From an uncultured Candidatus Binatia bacterium (GTDB lineage: Bacteria; Desulfobacterota; Binatia; UBA9968; JAJDTQ01), in NCBI GenBank assembly GCA_965215605.1, contig OZ244070.1, forward strand, positions 1,184,001 to 1,248,000: a stretch of 64,000 bases of DNA. Reading direction: 5' to 3'. Position numbers and translations under genes: made by a program. Position 1 is the first letter of the stretch. Every line of letters starts with the position of its first letter. Below the pieces are notes generated by a model. The model had not been told where the DNA came from. It ran no database searches and worked only from the letters and a program-made list of their open reading frames with translations. Below, piece after piece: positions 30,162-39,426 of this stretch.

Positions 30162-31229
30162 ATGGACCAGAAGATCGTTCACGTAGTCGGCACCGGGACC
30201 ATAGGCGAGCCGCTCATCGGCATCCTGGCGAGTTTCAGGGAAGCCTTCGGCATCGACGAGGTGACGTTCAACAAGCAGACCCCCCGGCTCACCGACCGCT
30301 CCAAGATCACCGCGCTTCAAGGCAAAGGCGCCAGACTGAGCGTCGAGAAGGACCACTGGGAAGAGTTCTCCAAGCTCGGCATGGACCCGGCCTTCGATTC
30401 GGCCGCCGCCATCGAGCGGGCCTCCGTGGTCATCGACTGCACGCCCGTCGGCAACAAGAACAGGGAAAAGAACTACCAGCACTACGCCGGGAAGAACGGC
30501 AAGGGATTCATTGCCCAGGGCAGCGAGTTCGGATTCGGCAAGATGTATGCCCGGGGCATCAACGACGCCGCGCTCCGAAGGGAGGAGGACCGCTTCATCC
30601 AGGTGGTGAGCTGCAACACCCACAACCTGGCGGTGCTCATCGACACCCTTGCCCTGGGGCCGGAAAAGGAAGATAACCTCGAGGCCGGGCGGTTCGTCTG
30701 CATGCGGCGGGCCAACGACATCAGCCAGGAAGGCGACTTCATTCCGGCGCCCGAGGTGGGACGGCACGACGACGAAAGGTTCGGCACCCATCAGGGGCGC
30801 GACGCCTACTACCTGTTCAAGTCCCTGGGGTTGGACCTCGACATCTACTCCTCCGCTCTCAAGATCAACACCCAGTACATGCACACCATCCACTTCAACC
30901 TGATCCTGAAGCGCGCCATCGCCATGGAGCAGCTCATGCAGCGGATCCGGGCGAACCGCCGCATCGCGATCACCAACAAGAAGTCCTCGGCGTCCGTGTT
31001 CTCGTTCGGGCGGGACCATGGCCTGTTCGGGCGCATCCTGAACCACACGGCCATCGTCACCCAGAGCCTGGCGCTGCGGGGAGACCGCGAGGTGGTGGGC
31101 ATGTGCTTCACGTCCCAGGACGGCAACTCGCTGCTGAGCAGCATCGCGGCCACCCTCTGGCTGCTCAATCCGGACACCTACGAGGAGCGCCTGCAGCCCA
31201 TCCGGCCCTACTTCTTCAGGGAGATCTGA
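30162..31229 (+). CDS. Rossmann-fold dehydrogenase resembling archaeal type II GAPDH
   Basis: VVGTGTIG nucleotide-binding motif, VIDCTP, AQGSE, catalytic-like VVSCNTH, RRAND; GAGGAG RBS. Confidence 0.65.
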   Translation: MDQKIVHVVGTGTIGEPLIGILASFREAFGIDEVTFNKQTPRLTDRSKITALQGKGARLSVEKDHWEEFSKLGMDPAFDSAAAIERASVVIDCTPVGNKNREKNYQHYAGKNGKGFIAQGSEFGFGKMYARGINDAALRREEDRFIQVVSCNTHNLAVLIDTLALGPEKEDNLEAGRFVCMRRANDISQEGDFIPAPEVGRHDDERFGTHQGRDAYYLFKSLGLDLDIYSSALKINTQYMHTIHFNLILKRAIAMEQLMQRIRANRRIAITNKKSSASVFSFGRDHGLFGRILNHTAIVTQSLALRGDREVVGMCFTSQDGNSLLSSIAATLWLLNPDTYEERLQPIRPYFFREI

Positions 31230-31665
31230 CGCCCTTGAAGCGGGCCGCGTCGCCCGTGGCGATGCCGCTTCGGCGCGCCACGCCGGCCCGGACCTCCAGC
31301 ACGTAACGACTTGGAACGCCCACGCTGACGGAGCGGGTGGAGAACGGCACGGTGTCGTGGATGATCCCCACTACCCGCCGGCGCGCGTCCATGAAGATGA
31401 TGTCCAGGGACAGAGGGGTGTTCTTCATCCAGAACGACTGATTCCTCTCTTGCGGGAACACGAACAGCATCCCCTCGTCCGCCCCGAGCTCGGTCCGGTA
31501 CATCAACCCCATGCGCCGCTTCTCGGCGGTGTCCGCCAGCTCCACCCGGAAGCGGGCCTTGATTCCGCCAGCGCCTTCGAAGACCACGCGTGGTGAACGG
31601 TCGCAGCCGGCCTGAGCCGCGAGCAGGAACGCACCGACCAACAACCCGATCCGGGGGGCTCTCAT
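31216..31665 (-). CDS. DUF192 family exported protein
   Basis: VELADT...GLMYR...GMLFVF...FWMKNTPLSLDIIF...YVLEV. Confidence 0.9.
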   Translation of the reverse strand: MRAPRIGLLVGAFLLAAQAGCDRSPRVVFEGAGGIKARFRVELADTAEKRRMGLMYRTELGADEGMLFVFPQERNQSFWMKNTPLSLDIIFMDARRRVVGIIHDTVPFSTRSVSVGVPSRYVLEVRAGVARRSGIATGDAARFKGVRSP

Positions 31666-31676
31666 CCGGCAGGCTC

Positions 31677-32825
31677 TCACGAGGTCGGCCACACACCCTC
31701 CCACAGCCGGGCAAGGAACTCGCGCCACGGGAGGATATCGATGCCGTCCACCCGACGGGCCATCGGTTCCAGAGACACGAGCACAAAGTGTGAAAGGAGA
31801 TTCTCTTCACGCAGCGCCAGCAATCCCCTCAGATCACGACTGGACACTGCCCTTTTGGCCTTTACCTCGACGGCGAGTCGGCCGACAACGAAGTCCACTT
31901 CGAGCTGTGACTTCGAACGCCAGTACCTGGGGGGCTCGAGCAGGTGATAGTCGCAGAATGCCTTGATCTCCTGCAACACGAAGCTCTCGAATGCCTCGCC
32001 ATACTCGGCCGTCCCCAACGGCAGACCGCGGCGTCCCTGGAGGTGCCGCGCCAGGCCGATGTCGAACAGGTAGTACTTGGATGTCGAGATCGCCTTGCGT
32101 TTGCGGGTTTCGGTATAGGACGCGACCTCGTGCGCGATGAACGTGTCCTTGAGAATTCCGTAGTACTCTCGCACGGTAGACGCGGGCACCTGGGCATCGC
32201 TCGCGATCCGCACGAAGTTGATCATCTGTCCGTGTGACAGGGCCGCCACTTCGAGAAACCGGCTGAATGCGCCGATGTTCCGGACCAAGGCCTCGGCCGC
32301 GACTTCCTCCTTGAGGTAGTCTCCCGAATAGGCGGCCAGGTCTTCGGCCGGGGAGTCGGAGAAGTAAATGGACGGCAACAACCCGAATTCGAGCGCTTTG
32401 TCCAAACGGAAGCGCTCGCCCAACTCGGCGCTGACGAACGGGTGCAGCACGCGGGAACGCGCCCTGCCGCCGAGCAGATTGACGCCCTTGCGTCGTAGCG
32501 TACGCGCGCTCGACCCGGTCAGGAAGAAGCGAATGCCATGCTCTTCAATCATGAGCTGGACCTCGTTCAACAGGGCCGGCATCTTTTGAATCTCGTCGAT
32601 GACGATGACCCGCGTCTCGGGTGTGAGCTGCTCTCTGATGAGCGCCGGATTTCTGGAGAGACGGATGAACAGAGCCTGATCGAGCAGGCTGTAGGTACGG
32701 ACGTCCGCCAGTTGCTGGCGGATCAAGGTGGATTTTCCCGTCTGCCGCGGGCCAAAGAGGAAACAGGACCTCTGTTTCAAAAGCTCTCGTGCATCGAGAT
32801 ACCGTGGGATGATTGGCGAAGACAT
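31677..32825 (-). CDS. AAA_14 ATPase with DUF4143-type domain (third paralog)
   Basis: GPRQTGKST, IDEIQK, LTGSSAR, YLKEEV, EVDFV...EVK. Confidence 0.9.
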   Translation of the reverse strand: MSSPIIPRYLDARELLKQRSCFLFGPRQTGKSTLIRQQLADVRTYSLLDQALFIRLSRNPALIREQLTPETRVIVIDEIQKMPALLNEVQLMIEEHGIRFFLTGSSARTLRRKGVNLLGGRARSRVLHPFVSAELGERFRLDKALEFGLLPSIYFSDSPAEDLAAYSGDYLKEEVAAEALVRNIGAFSRFLEVAALSHGQMINFVRIASDAQVPASTVREYYGILKDTFIAHEVASYTETRKRKAISTSKYYLFDIGLARHLQGRRGLPLGTAEYGEAFESFVLQEIKAFCDYHLLEPPRYWRSKSQLEVDFVVGRLAVEVKAKRAVSSRDLRGLLALREENLLSHFVLVSLEPMARRVDGIDILPWREFLARLWEGVWPTS

Positions 32826-33016
32826 ATCAACAATCAACGGTGGAGTTGCTGATTATCATGACAAACAACGATAGAGTTGTCAATTTAGCGCTACCGCGCT
32901 CCTGTCCAGCGGTTACGGCTCGGCACATTCGCGCCAAGGACCCATTTCAGCTAGAATATCCTGGCAGTAGTTGAACCTGTTTCCTTAGGCGCTCAACACC
33001 CACCAAGACACCGCCG

Positions 33017-34507
33017 ATGATCCAACCTTCGTACCGCGAGTTCGCGGAGCTCGCCAGACAGGGAAACGTGGTCCCGGTCTACGAGGAGACCCTCATGGAC
33101 CTGGAGACCCCGGTGTCCTTCTACAGCCGCCTCAAGAAGAGCCGCCATTCCTTCCTGCTGGAAAGCGTGGAAGGCAGCGAACGCTGGGCGCGCTATTCGT
33201 TCCTGGGCACCGCGCCGGAGCTGGTCTTCAAGGCCTGGGGCCGCGAGGTCGAGATCACCCGGGGCCGGAAGAAGGAGTCGCGGACCTGCGACGACCCGTT
33301 GGCCGCGTTGACGGAGATTCTCGACGGGTACCGGCCGGCTGCCGCCGTGCCGGATCTCCCTTTCACCGGCGGCGCCCTGGGCTACGTGGCGTACGACGCG
33401 GTGGAGATGCTGCACGACGTTCCCAACCCGGCCGAACGGGCCAGCCGCTTCCCGGACATCTATTTCCTGCTGGTGCGCACGCTGGTGAGCTTCGACAACC
33501 TCAAGCACACCATCACGATCATCGACAACGTCCCTATCGAGAACGGCGCGCGCCTGCGCGCGCTCTACCGCGACGCGGTCTCCCGCATCGAGAACCTGCG
33601 GTCATCCTTGCGGAAGTCGCCCAAGAACCTGGAGGCCCGGAGCCTCACCGGTTCCGGCTCGAGCATCCGTTTCAAGTCCAACGTTTCGCCGCGGAAATTC
33701 CACGCCATGGTTCGCAAGGGCAAGGAATACATCGCCGCGGGCGACATCATCCAGGTGGTGCTGTCCCAGCGGCTGGAGACTCGCACGCGGGTCGAGCCGT
33801 TGGAGATCTACCGCGCGCTGCGCTTCACCAATCCGTCTCCGTACATGTTCTTTCTCGAGCTCGACGACCTGAAGATCATCGGCTCGTCCCCGGAGATTCT
33901 CGTCCGCCTCACCGGGCGGAACATCGAGCTTCGACCCATCGCCGGCACCCGGCCCCGGGGCCGGGACGCACGGGAAGAACGGGACCTGGAGGAGGATCTC
34001 CTGGCCGACCCCAAGGAACGCGCCGAGCACATCATGCTGGTGGATCTCGGGCGCAACGACGTGGGGCGGGTGGCGGAGGTGGGCTCGGTGGAAGTGGACC
34101 AGCTCATGACCGTCGAGCGCTATTCCCACGTCATGCACATCGTCTCCAACATCAAGGCCGAGCTGGCCAGGGGAAAGACCCCGCTGGACCTGTTCGGCTC
34201 ATGCTTCCCCGCGGGGACGGTATCCGGGGCGCCCAAGGTCCGGGCCATGCAGATCATCAGCGAGCTGGAGCCGCAGAGGCGGGGGCTGTACGCCGGCGCG
34301 GTGGGCTACCTGAGCTTCAGCAACAACCTGGACACCTGCATCGCCATCCGCACCATCACCGTCCACGACGGCACCGCGGTCATTCAGGCGGGCGCCGGCA
34401 TCGTGGCGGACTCCGATCCCGCCACGGAGTACGAAGAGACCCTCAACAAGGCCCGCGGCATGCTCAAGGCCATCGAGCTGGCGGAGTCCTGGAGAAAAGA
34501 GCGGTAG
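33017..34507 (+). CDS. trpE: Anthranilate synthase component I
   Basis: LLESVEG, NPSPYM, SSPE, PIAGTRPRG, EHIMLVDLGRND, GTVSGAPK, QAGAGIVADS. Confidence 0.95.
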   Translation: MIQPSYREFAELARQGNVVPVYEETLMDLETPVSFYSRLKKSRHSFLLESVEGSERWARYSFLGTAPELVFKAWGREVEITRGRKKESRTCDDPLAALTEILDGYRPAAAVPDLPFTGGALGYVAYDAVEMLHDVPNPAERASRFPDIYFLLVRTLVSFDNLKHTITIIDNVPIENGARLRALYRDAVSRIENLRSSLRKSPKNLEARSLTGSGSSIRFKSNVSPRKFHAMVRKGKEYIAAGDIIQVVLSQRLETRTRVEPLEIYRALRFTNPSPYMFFLELDDLKIIGSSPEILVRLTGRNIELRPIAGTRPRGRDAREERDLEEDLLADPKERAEHIMLVDLGRNDVGRVAEVGSVEVDQLMTVERYSHVMHIVSNIKAELARGKTPLDLFGSCFPAGTVSGAPKVRAMQIISELEPQRRGLYAGAVGYLSFSNNLDTCIAIRTITVHDGTAVIQAGAGIVADSDPATEYEETLNKARGMLKAIELAESWRKER

Positions 34508-34508
34508 C

Positions 34509-35078
<570 letters not shown>

Positions 35079-35111
35079 ACCGCCCGGCGCCGGCGGTTCT
35101 GAAATCCGCCC

Positions 35112-35345
35112 CTATACCTGCTGGGCCGCGTGGGCCTGGGCGCATTCCTCGCTGCAGAAAAAGTGGCCGTGTGACTGGTAGGCTTCGTTCTTCGGGACGT
35201 AGCTCTTGCAGTGGGGATCGAGCACCATGGATTCGCCCTGGGACGGGTCGGCGGCACTTCCCTTGCCCTTGCGCTTGATGCTCGAGTAGATCAGCACCAG
35301 GAACAGATAGCCCAGCAAGCCCAGTATCAGAAACTTGAGGAACAT
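35112..35345 (-). CDS. Small membrane-anchored TRASH/PP0621-like protein
   Basis: N-terminal TM followed by MVLDPHCKSYVP...FFCSEEC. Confidence 0.75.
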   Translation of the reverse strand: MFLKFLILGLLGYLFLVLIYSSIKRKGKGSAADPSQGESMVLDPHCKSYVPKNEAYQSHGHFFCSEECAQAHAAQQV

Positions 35346-35384
35346 GGCAGTGGCACCGTCAATGACACTCACGGTCGACTCGCC

Positions 35385-35882
35385 TCACAGGGAGGCCATT
35401 TCCCGGACCCGGCCGTTGTCTTCCACCTGGTCGAGCATTTCCCGGACGCCGCTACCCAAGAGCGGGTGCTTCAGATCCGGCGCGATCTCGCACAGCGGAG
35501 CCAGCACGAACCGGCGACGGTGAAGCTCCGGGTGCGGAATGACCAACCCGGGTCCTTCCAAGACCATATCATCGAAGAACAGGATGTCCAGATCAATGAC
35601 CCGGTCCGCCCAGCGCACCGGGCTGGGGCGACGGCCCATTTCCCGTTCGACGGCTTGACACTGTTTCAGGAGGGTTCCGGGGTCCAGGCCCGTTTCAACC
35701 GCCGCGACTCCGTTGACGTACCATTCCGTGCTGGCCGCGCCCCACGGTTCGGTGGCGAACCAGGCAGAGACCCGCCGTACCCGGGTCCGCGGCATCCGCC
35801 CGACCTCCCTGACGGCCCGGCGGCAGTTCTCCTCCTTGTTTCCCTGGTTCGAGCCCACCCCGATGTAGGCGCGATGCCGCAC
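35385..35882 (-). CDS. folK: 2-amino-4-hydroxy-6-hydroxymethyldihydropteridine diphosphokinase
   Basis: YIGVGSN, RWADRVIDLDIL, IPHPELHRRRFVL. Confidence 0.95.
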   Translation of the reverse strand: MRHRAYIGVGSNQGNKEENCRRAVREVGRMPRTRVRRVSAWFATEPWGAASTEWYVNGVAAVETGLDPGTLLKQCQAVEREMGRRPSPVRWADRVIDLDILFFDDMVLEGPGLVIPHPELHRRRFVLAPLCEIAPDLKHPLLGSGVREMLDQVEDNGRVREMASL

Positions 35883-35889
35883 GGTCCCG

Positions 35890-37053
35890 CTACAAGCTGA
35901 CCTTCTCCAGCCGCTCCACGGCTTCCTTGAGACGGTCGGCCGGGGAGCACAGCGTCAGCCGGATGAAACCCTCGCCGGGCTCGCCGAAGCCGTTGCCGGG
36001 AGTGGTGACGATGCCGGCCTCGTCGAGGAGCCGGGCGGTGAAGTCCGCGGAGGTCCACCCTCCGGGCACGGGCAGCCAGACGTAGAAGGTGGCCGGGGGC
36101 GCGGGCAGCTCGAAGCCGGCCCGGCGGAGGCCGTCCACCACCGTGTCACGCCTTTCCTGGTACACTTCACGGATAGGCTCCAGAAATTCCTCGGCGTGTT
36201 CCAGGGCGAGGATGGCCGCTTCCTGCACCGGCTGGAAGACCCCCGAGTCGACGTTGGACTTCACCTGCCCCAGGGTTCCCACCAGCTCCGCGCTGCCCAC
36301 CGCCATGCCGATGCGCCAGCCGGTCATGTTGAAGGTCTTGGACAGCGAATGGAACTCGATGGCGACTTCCCTGGCGCCGTCCACCTGCAGGATGCTCGGC
36401 GCCCTGTAGCCGTCGAAGCCGAGCTCCGTGTAGGCGGCGTCGTGGCACAGGATGATGCCGTGCCGGTGAGCGAACTCCACCGCCTCCTTGAAGAAGCTCT
36501 CGTCCGCCACCGCGCCCGTGGGGTTGTTGGGATAGTTGAGCCAGAGCATCTTCGCCCGCTCGAGTACGTCCGCGGGTATGCTGGAGAGGTCGGGCAGGAA
36601 ACCGTTCTCGCGTGTCAAGGGAAGAAAGTGGACGTCGCCGCCGTTGAAGCGAGTCCCGATGGCGTACACCGGATAGGCAGGGGTGGGCACCAGCACCACA
36701 TCGCCGGGGTCCACGTAGGCCACCGCCATGTTGGCCACGCCCTCCTTGGAGCCGATGAGCGAAACCACTTCGGTGGCCGCGTCCAGCGCCACGCCAAAGC
36801 GCCGTCCGTACCAGTCGGCCACCGCCTGGCGGAACGCCATCATGCCGGAACTGCTGGGATAGCGGTGGTTGGCGGGTTTGGCGGCGGTCTCGGCCAGTCT
36901 CTCTATGATCCTTCCGGGCGTGGGAATGTCGGGATCCCCGATGCCCAGATCGATCAGGTCCACGCCCTTGGCCTGCGCCGCCCGTTTCTTCCGGTCGATC
37001 TCCGCGAACAGATACGGCGGCAACTCCTGGATGCGTTGAGCCTTGTTGAACAT
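35890..37053 (-). CDS. dapL: LL-diaminopimelate aminotransferase
   Basis: LPPYLFAEID, IDLGIGDPD, LIGSKEG, NYPNNPTG, EFHSLSKTFNMTGWRIG, KSNVDSG. Confidence 0.88.
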   Translation of the reverse strand: MFNKAQRIQELPPYLFAEIDRKKRAAQAKGVDLIDLGIGDPDIPTPGRIIERLAETAAKPANHRYPSSSGMMAFRQAVADWYGRRFGVALDAATEVVSLIGSKEGVANMAVAYVDPGDVVLVPTPAYPVYAIGTRFNGGDVHFLPLTRENGFLPDLSSIPADVLERAKMLWLNYPNNPTGAVADESFFKEAVEFAHRHGIILCHDAAYTELGFDGYRAPSILQVDGAREVAIEFHSLSKTFNMTGWRIGMAVGSAELVGTLGQVKSNVDSGVFQPVQEAAILALEHAEEFLEPIREVYQERRDTVVDGLRRAGFELPAPPATFYVWLPVPGGWTSADFTARLLDEAGIVTTPGNGFGEPGEGFIRLTLCSPADRLKEAVERLEKVSL

Positions 37054-37092
37054 TGCTGCTGACTCGCTTTCTACTTTGCGGGGTTGGCGGTT

Positions 37093-37232
37093 CGGGCCTC
37101 CCGGCGGTTCCTCCGCGTGGGCTCCGAGCCGGGACAGTGTTGGTAGAAGGGAGCTTACAACATTTCCCTGGGGCGAGTGAAATCCCCCGGCTCCCGGGAC
37201 CCCTGGAGGAACCTTCGGTTTGTCCAGGTCCG
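37093..37232. ncRNA. Candidate structured RNA / leader element between dapL and the NYN gene (family unassigned)
   Basis: Nested complementary segments: 37093-99/37226-32, 37106-14/37205-13, 37126-33/37186-93, 37148-52/37165-69. Confidence 0.4.
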
Positions 37233-37314
37233 GCGGCATCCTCCAGTTCGCGCCGGTTGGCGGAAACCGTTATATTTCAGGATTGTACGTCCAACTTTTA
37301 CGGAGAATCCATCC

Positions 37315-37830
37315 ATGCCGTTCCATATCGTGGTCGACGGCTACAATGTCATCGGCAGTGAACAGGGCCTGCGCGGAGACCTGGAGCAGAAGCGGGCCGG
37401 CCTCGTCAAGGAGGTCACGGCATACCAGGAACGCACGGGGCATTCGCTGACCACCGTCTTCGACGGGTGGCGAAACGGCCGGACCGACGAGACATGGCAG
37501 CAGGTGGGGGAGGTGACGGTGGTGTTCTCCCGTCACGGCGAGAAAGCCGATGCGGTGATCGAACGGCTGGCCCGGGAGATCGGCGCCACCTGCATCGTGG
37601 TGACCTCCGACCGGGACCTGCGCCGCAGCGTGGAAAGCAGCGGAGCCGTGGCCGTGTACGTCGGCGAGTTCCTCGCGAAGATGCGGACGGACCCGGCGGG
37701 GCCGGACATCGTCGAGGATGACGACGGTTTCGAGGCTCCCCCGCGCGGCCCGACCAACCGGAAGAAAGGCAACCCGCGGCGACTGTCCAAGGCCGAACGG
37801 GTGCGGCGCGACCGTCTCGACAAGCTCTGA
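37315..37830 (+). CDS. NYN domain protein (YacP/Rae1-like)
   Basis: IVVDGYN, VFDG, ADAVIE, VVTSD. Confidence 0.88.
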   Translation: MPFHIVVDGYNVIGSEQGLRGDLEQKRAGLVKEVTAYQERTGHSLTTVFDGWRNGRTDETWQQVGEVTVVFSRHGEKADAVIERLAREIGATCIVVTSDRDLRRSVESSGAVAVYVGEFLAKMRTDPAGPDIVEDDDGFEAPPRGPTNRKKGNPRRLSKAERVRRDRLDKL

Positions 37831-37859
37831 CCCCCGGGCTTGCTGGCGGCGTTTGAAGC

Positions 37860-38732
37860 GTGATGTTCCGCAGGGCGATATGGGAGCGGGTGCTGCTCTA
37901 CTCCTTCCCGGTGGTCCTCGTGACGACCTTGAGCTACACCGGTCACCTTGAGAACTACTACCTCTACCACCCTATCCGCGAGATCACCGTCACCCCGGCC
38001 GACTACGGGGTAGCCTTCGAGGACGTAAGCTTCCAGGCCGCCGACGGCGTCCGGCTGCACGGCTGGTACGTGAAGCCTCCCGGTCCCCACCGCCCCGTGC
38101 TGCTCTGGGCGCACGGCAACGCGGGCAACCTCTCGCACCGGGCTCACCACATCGCGGCGATCCACAAGGAATTGCGGGCGGGAGTCTTCCTGTTCGACTA
38201 CAGGGGGTTCGGCCGAAGCGAGGGAGAGCCCTGGGAGTCGGGACTGTACGACGATGCCCGTGGGGCCTACGCGTGGCTCCGCCGGTGGGTTCCGCCGGAG
38301 CGTATATTCGTCTTCGGGCGTTCCCTGGGGGCCGCCGTGGCGATACGCACCGTCTCCGATGGCGCTGCCGCCCGCGGCCTGATCCTTGAATCGCCCTTCG
38401 AGACTCTGCTGGCCATAGGGAAGGAACTGTTCCCGTTCCTCCCGGTGAGTTGGCTCGTTTCCCAGAAGTTCGACAACGCCCGCCACCTTCCCCTGGTGAG
38501 AACGCCCGTGCTCATCCTTCATGGCGACGCCGACGAACTCATCCCCATCGCTCACGGCCGGCGGCTCTTCGCGCTGGCCAATGCGCCGAAGCGCTTTCAC
38601 GTCATTCGGCGATCGGGCCACAACGACACCTGGCTCGCCGGCGGTGCGCGCTATTGGGACGCGTGGCGCTCGTTCCTGGCGGACCCCGAAAAGGAGGCCC
38701 CGAAGTCGGAGGTTCTGCCAGGAGAGCCTTGA
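37860..38732 (+). CDS. Alpha/beta hydrolase
   Basis: HGNAGN, DYRGFG, GRSLG, HGDADE, GHND catalytic triad. Confidence 0.92.
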   Translation: MMFRRAIWERVLLYSFPVVLVTTLSYTGHLENYYLYHPIREITVTPADYGVAFEDVSFQAADGVRLHGWYVKPPGPHRPVLLWAHGNAGNLSHRAHHIAAIHKELRAGVFLFDYRGFGRSEGEPWESGLYDDARGAYAWLRRWVPPERIFVFGRSLGAAVAIRTVSDGAAARGLILESPFETLLAIGKELFPFLPVSWLVSQKFDNARHLPLVRTPVLILHGDADELIPIAHGRRLFALANAPKRFHVIRRSGHNDTWLAGGARYWDAWRSFLADPEKEAPKSEVLPGEP

Positions 38733-38807
38733 AGATCGTTCGGCCGGAAGAAGGACCGCGGAGCGTTCTCCCGACCCCGGCGGTCGAGGTGGTGCTCGTA
38801 TCGCCCG

Positions 38808-39338
38808 TCACGGGGAGCTGGCTGGTCCCGGCAGGCTGGACTTGTATAGATCCCTGAGTTGGAGTTGAAGTTCGTCGGTCATCTCGATCCCCAGCTCCTG
38901 GAGTCCCGGCCGCATCTTCTCTCGATAGATTTCCCACCCGAATTTATCATTGATGGCTTTCAGGTCGTCGCCGAGAGCCAAGGCCTTGTCTCGAAGCTCC
39001 CTTACGACAGCATCCCTGGCGTTCGAAGCAGCGTGTCCTGCCCTGAAGCGACCGAGACACAGTTCCTTGTAGCGACGTTCTATCGGGAGTGCATTGGGAT
39101 GCGGAGGCCGGCATTTGTTCTTCGCCATTGCCGTCTTCAACTCTTCCTGCGTGGCCTGGTACTCCTTCCAGAGAGAAGTCTCCTTGGCAACCTCCGCTAT
39201 CTCGAGCCTCGCTGCTTCGGCAGTCTCTCTACCAACTCGCAGGAGTTGGGCTTCCAACTCCATCCGACTCAGGAGCGCTTCATCCGCCGCCGCTATTGTC
39301 GTCCACAACAGTATCACGAGCACAGGCACGTAACCCAC
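38808..39338 (-). CDS. Hypothetical secreted helical protein
   Basis: Signal peptide (ILLWTTIAAA), helical charged body with two Cys; AT-richer. Confidence 0.55.
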   Translation of the reverse strand: MGYVPVLVILLWTTIAAADEALLSRMELEAQLLRVGRETAEAARLEIAEVAKETSLWKEYQATQEELKTAMAKNKCRPPHPNALPIERRYKELCLGRFRAGHAASNARDAVVRELRDKALALGDDLKAINDKFGWEIYREKMRPGLQELGIEMTDELQLQLRDLYKSSLPGPASSP

Positions 39339-39426
39339 AAGTCCCCCTTTGCAAAATAGTTCTGCAGCGCCGCACGCTGCGCGTCACAAGCAGACCGAGG
39401 CCCTTTCACACGGTTTTCACTTGGTT

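Noticed and set aside
37079-37244. Firm call as lysine riboswitch, 6S RNA or SRP RNA
   Set aside because: Only fragments of each consensus match; kept as an unassigned structured element.
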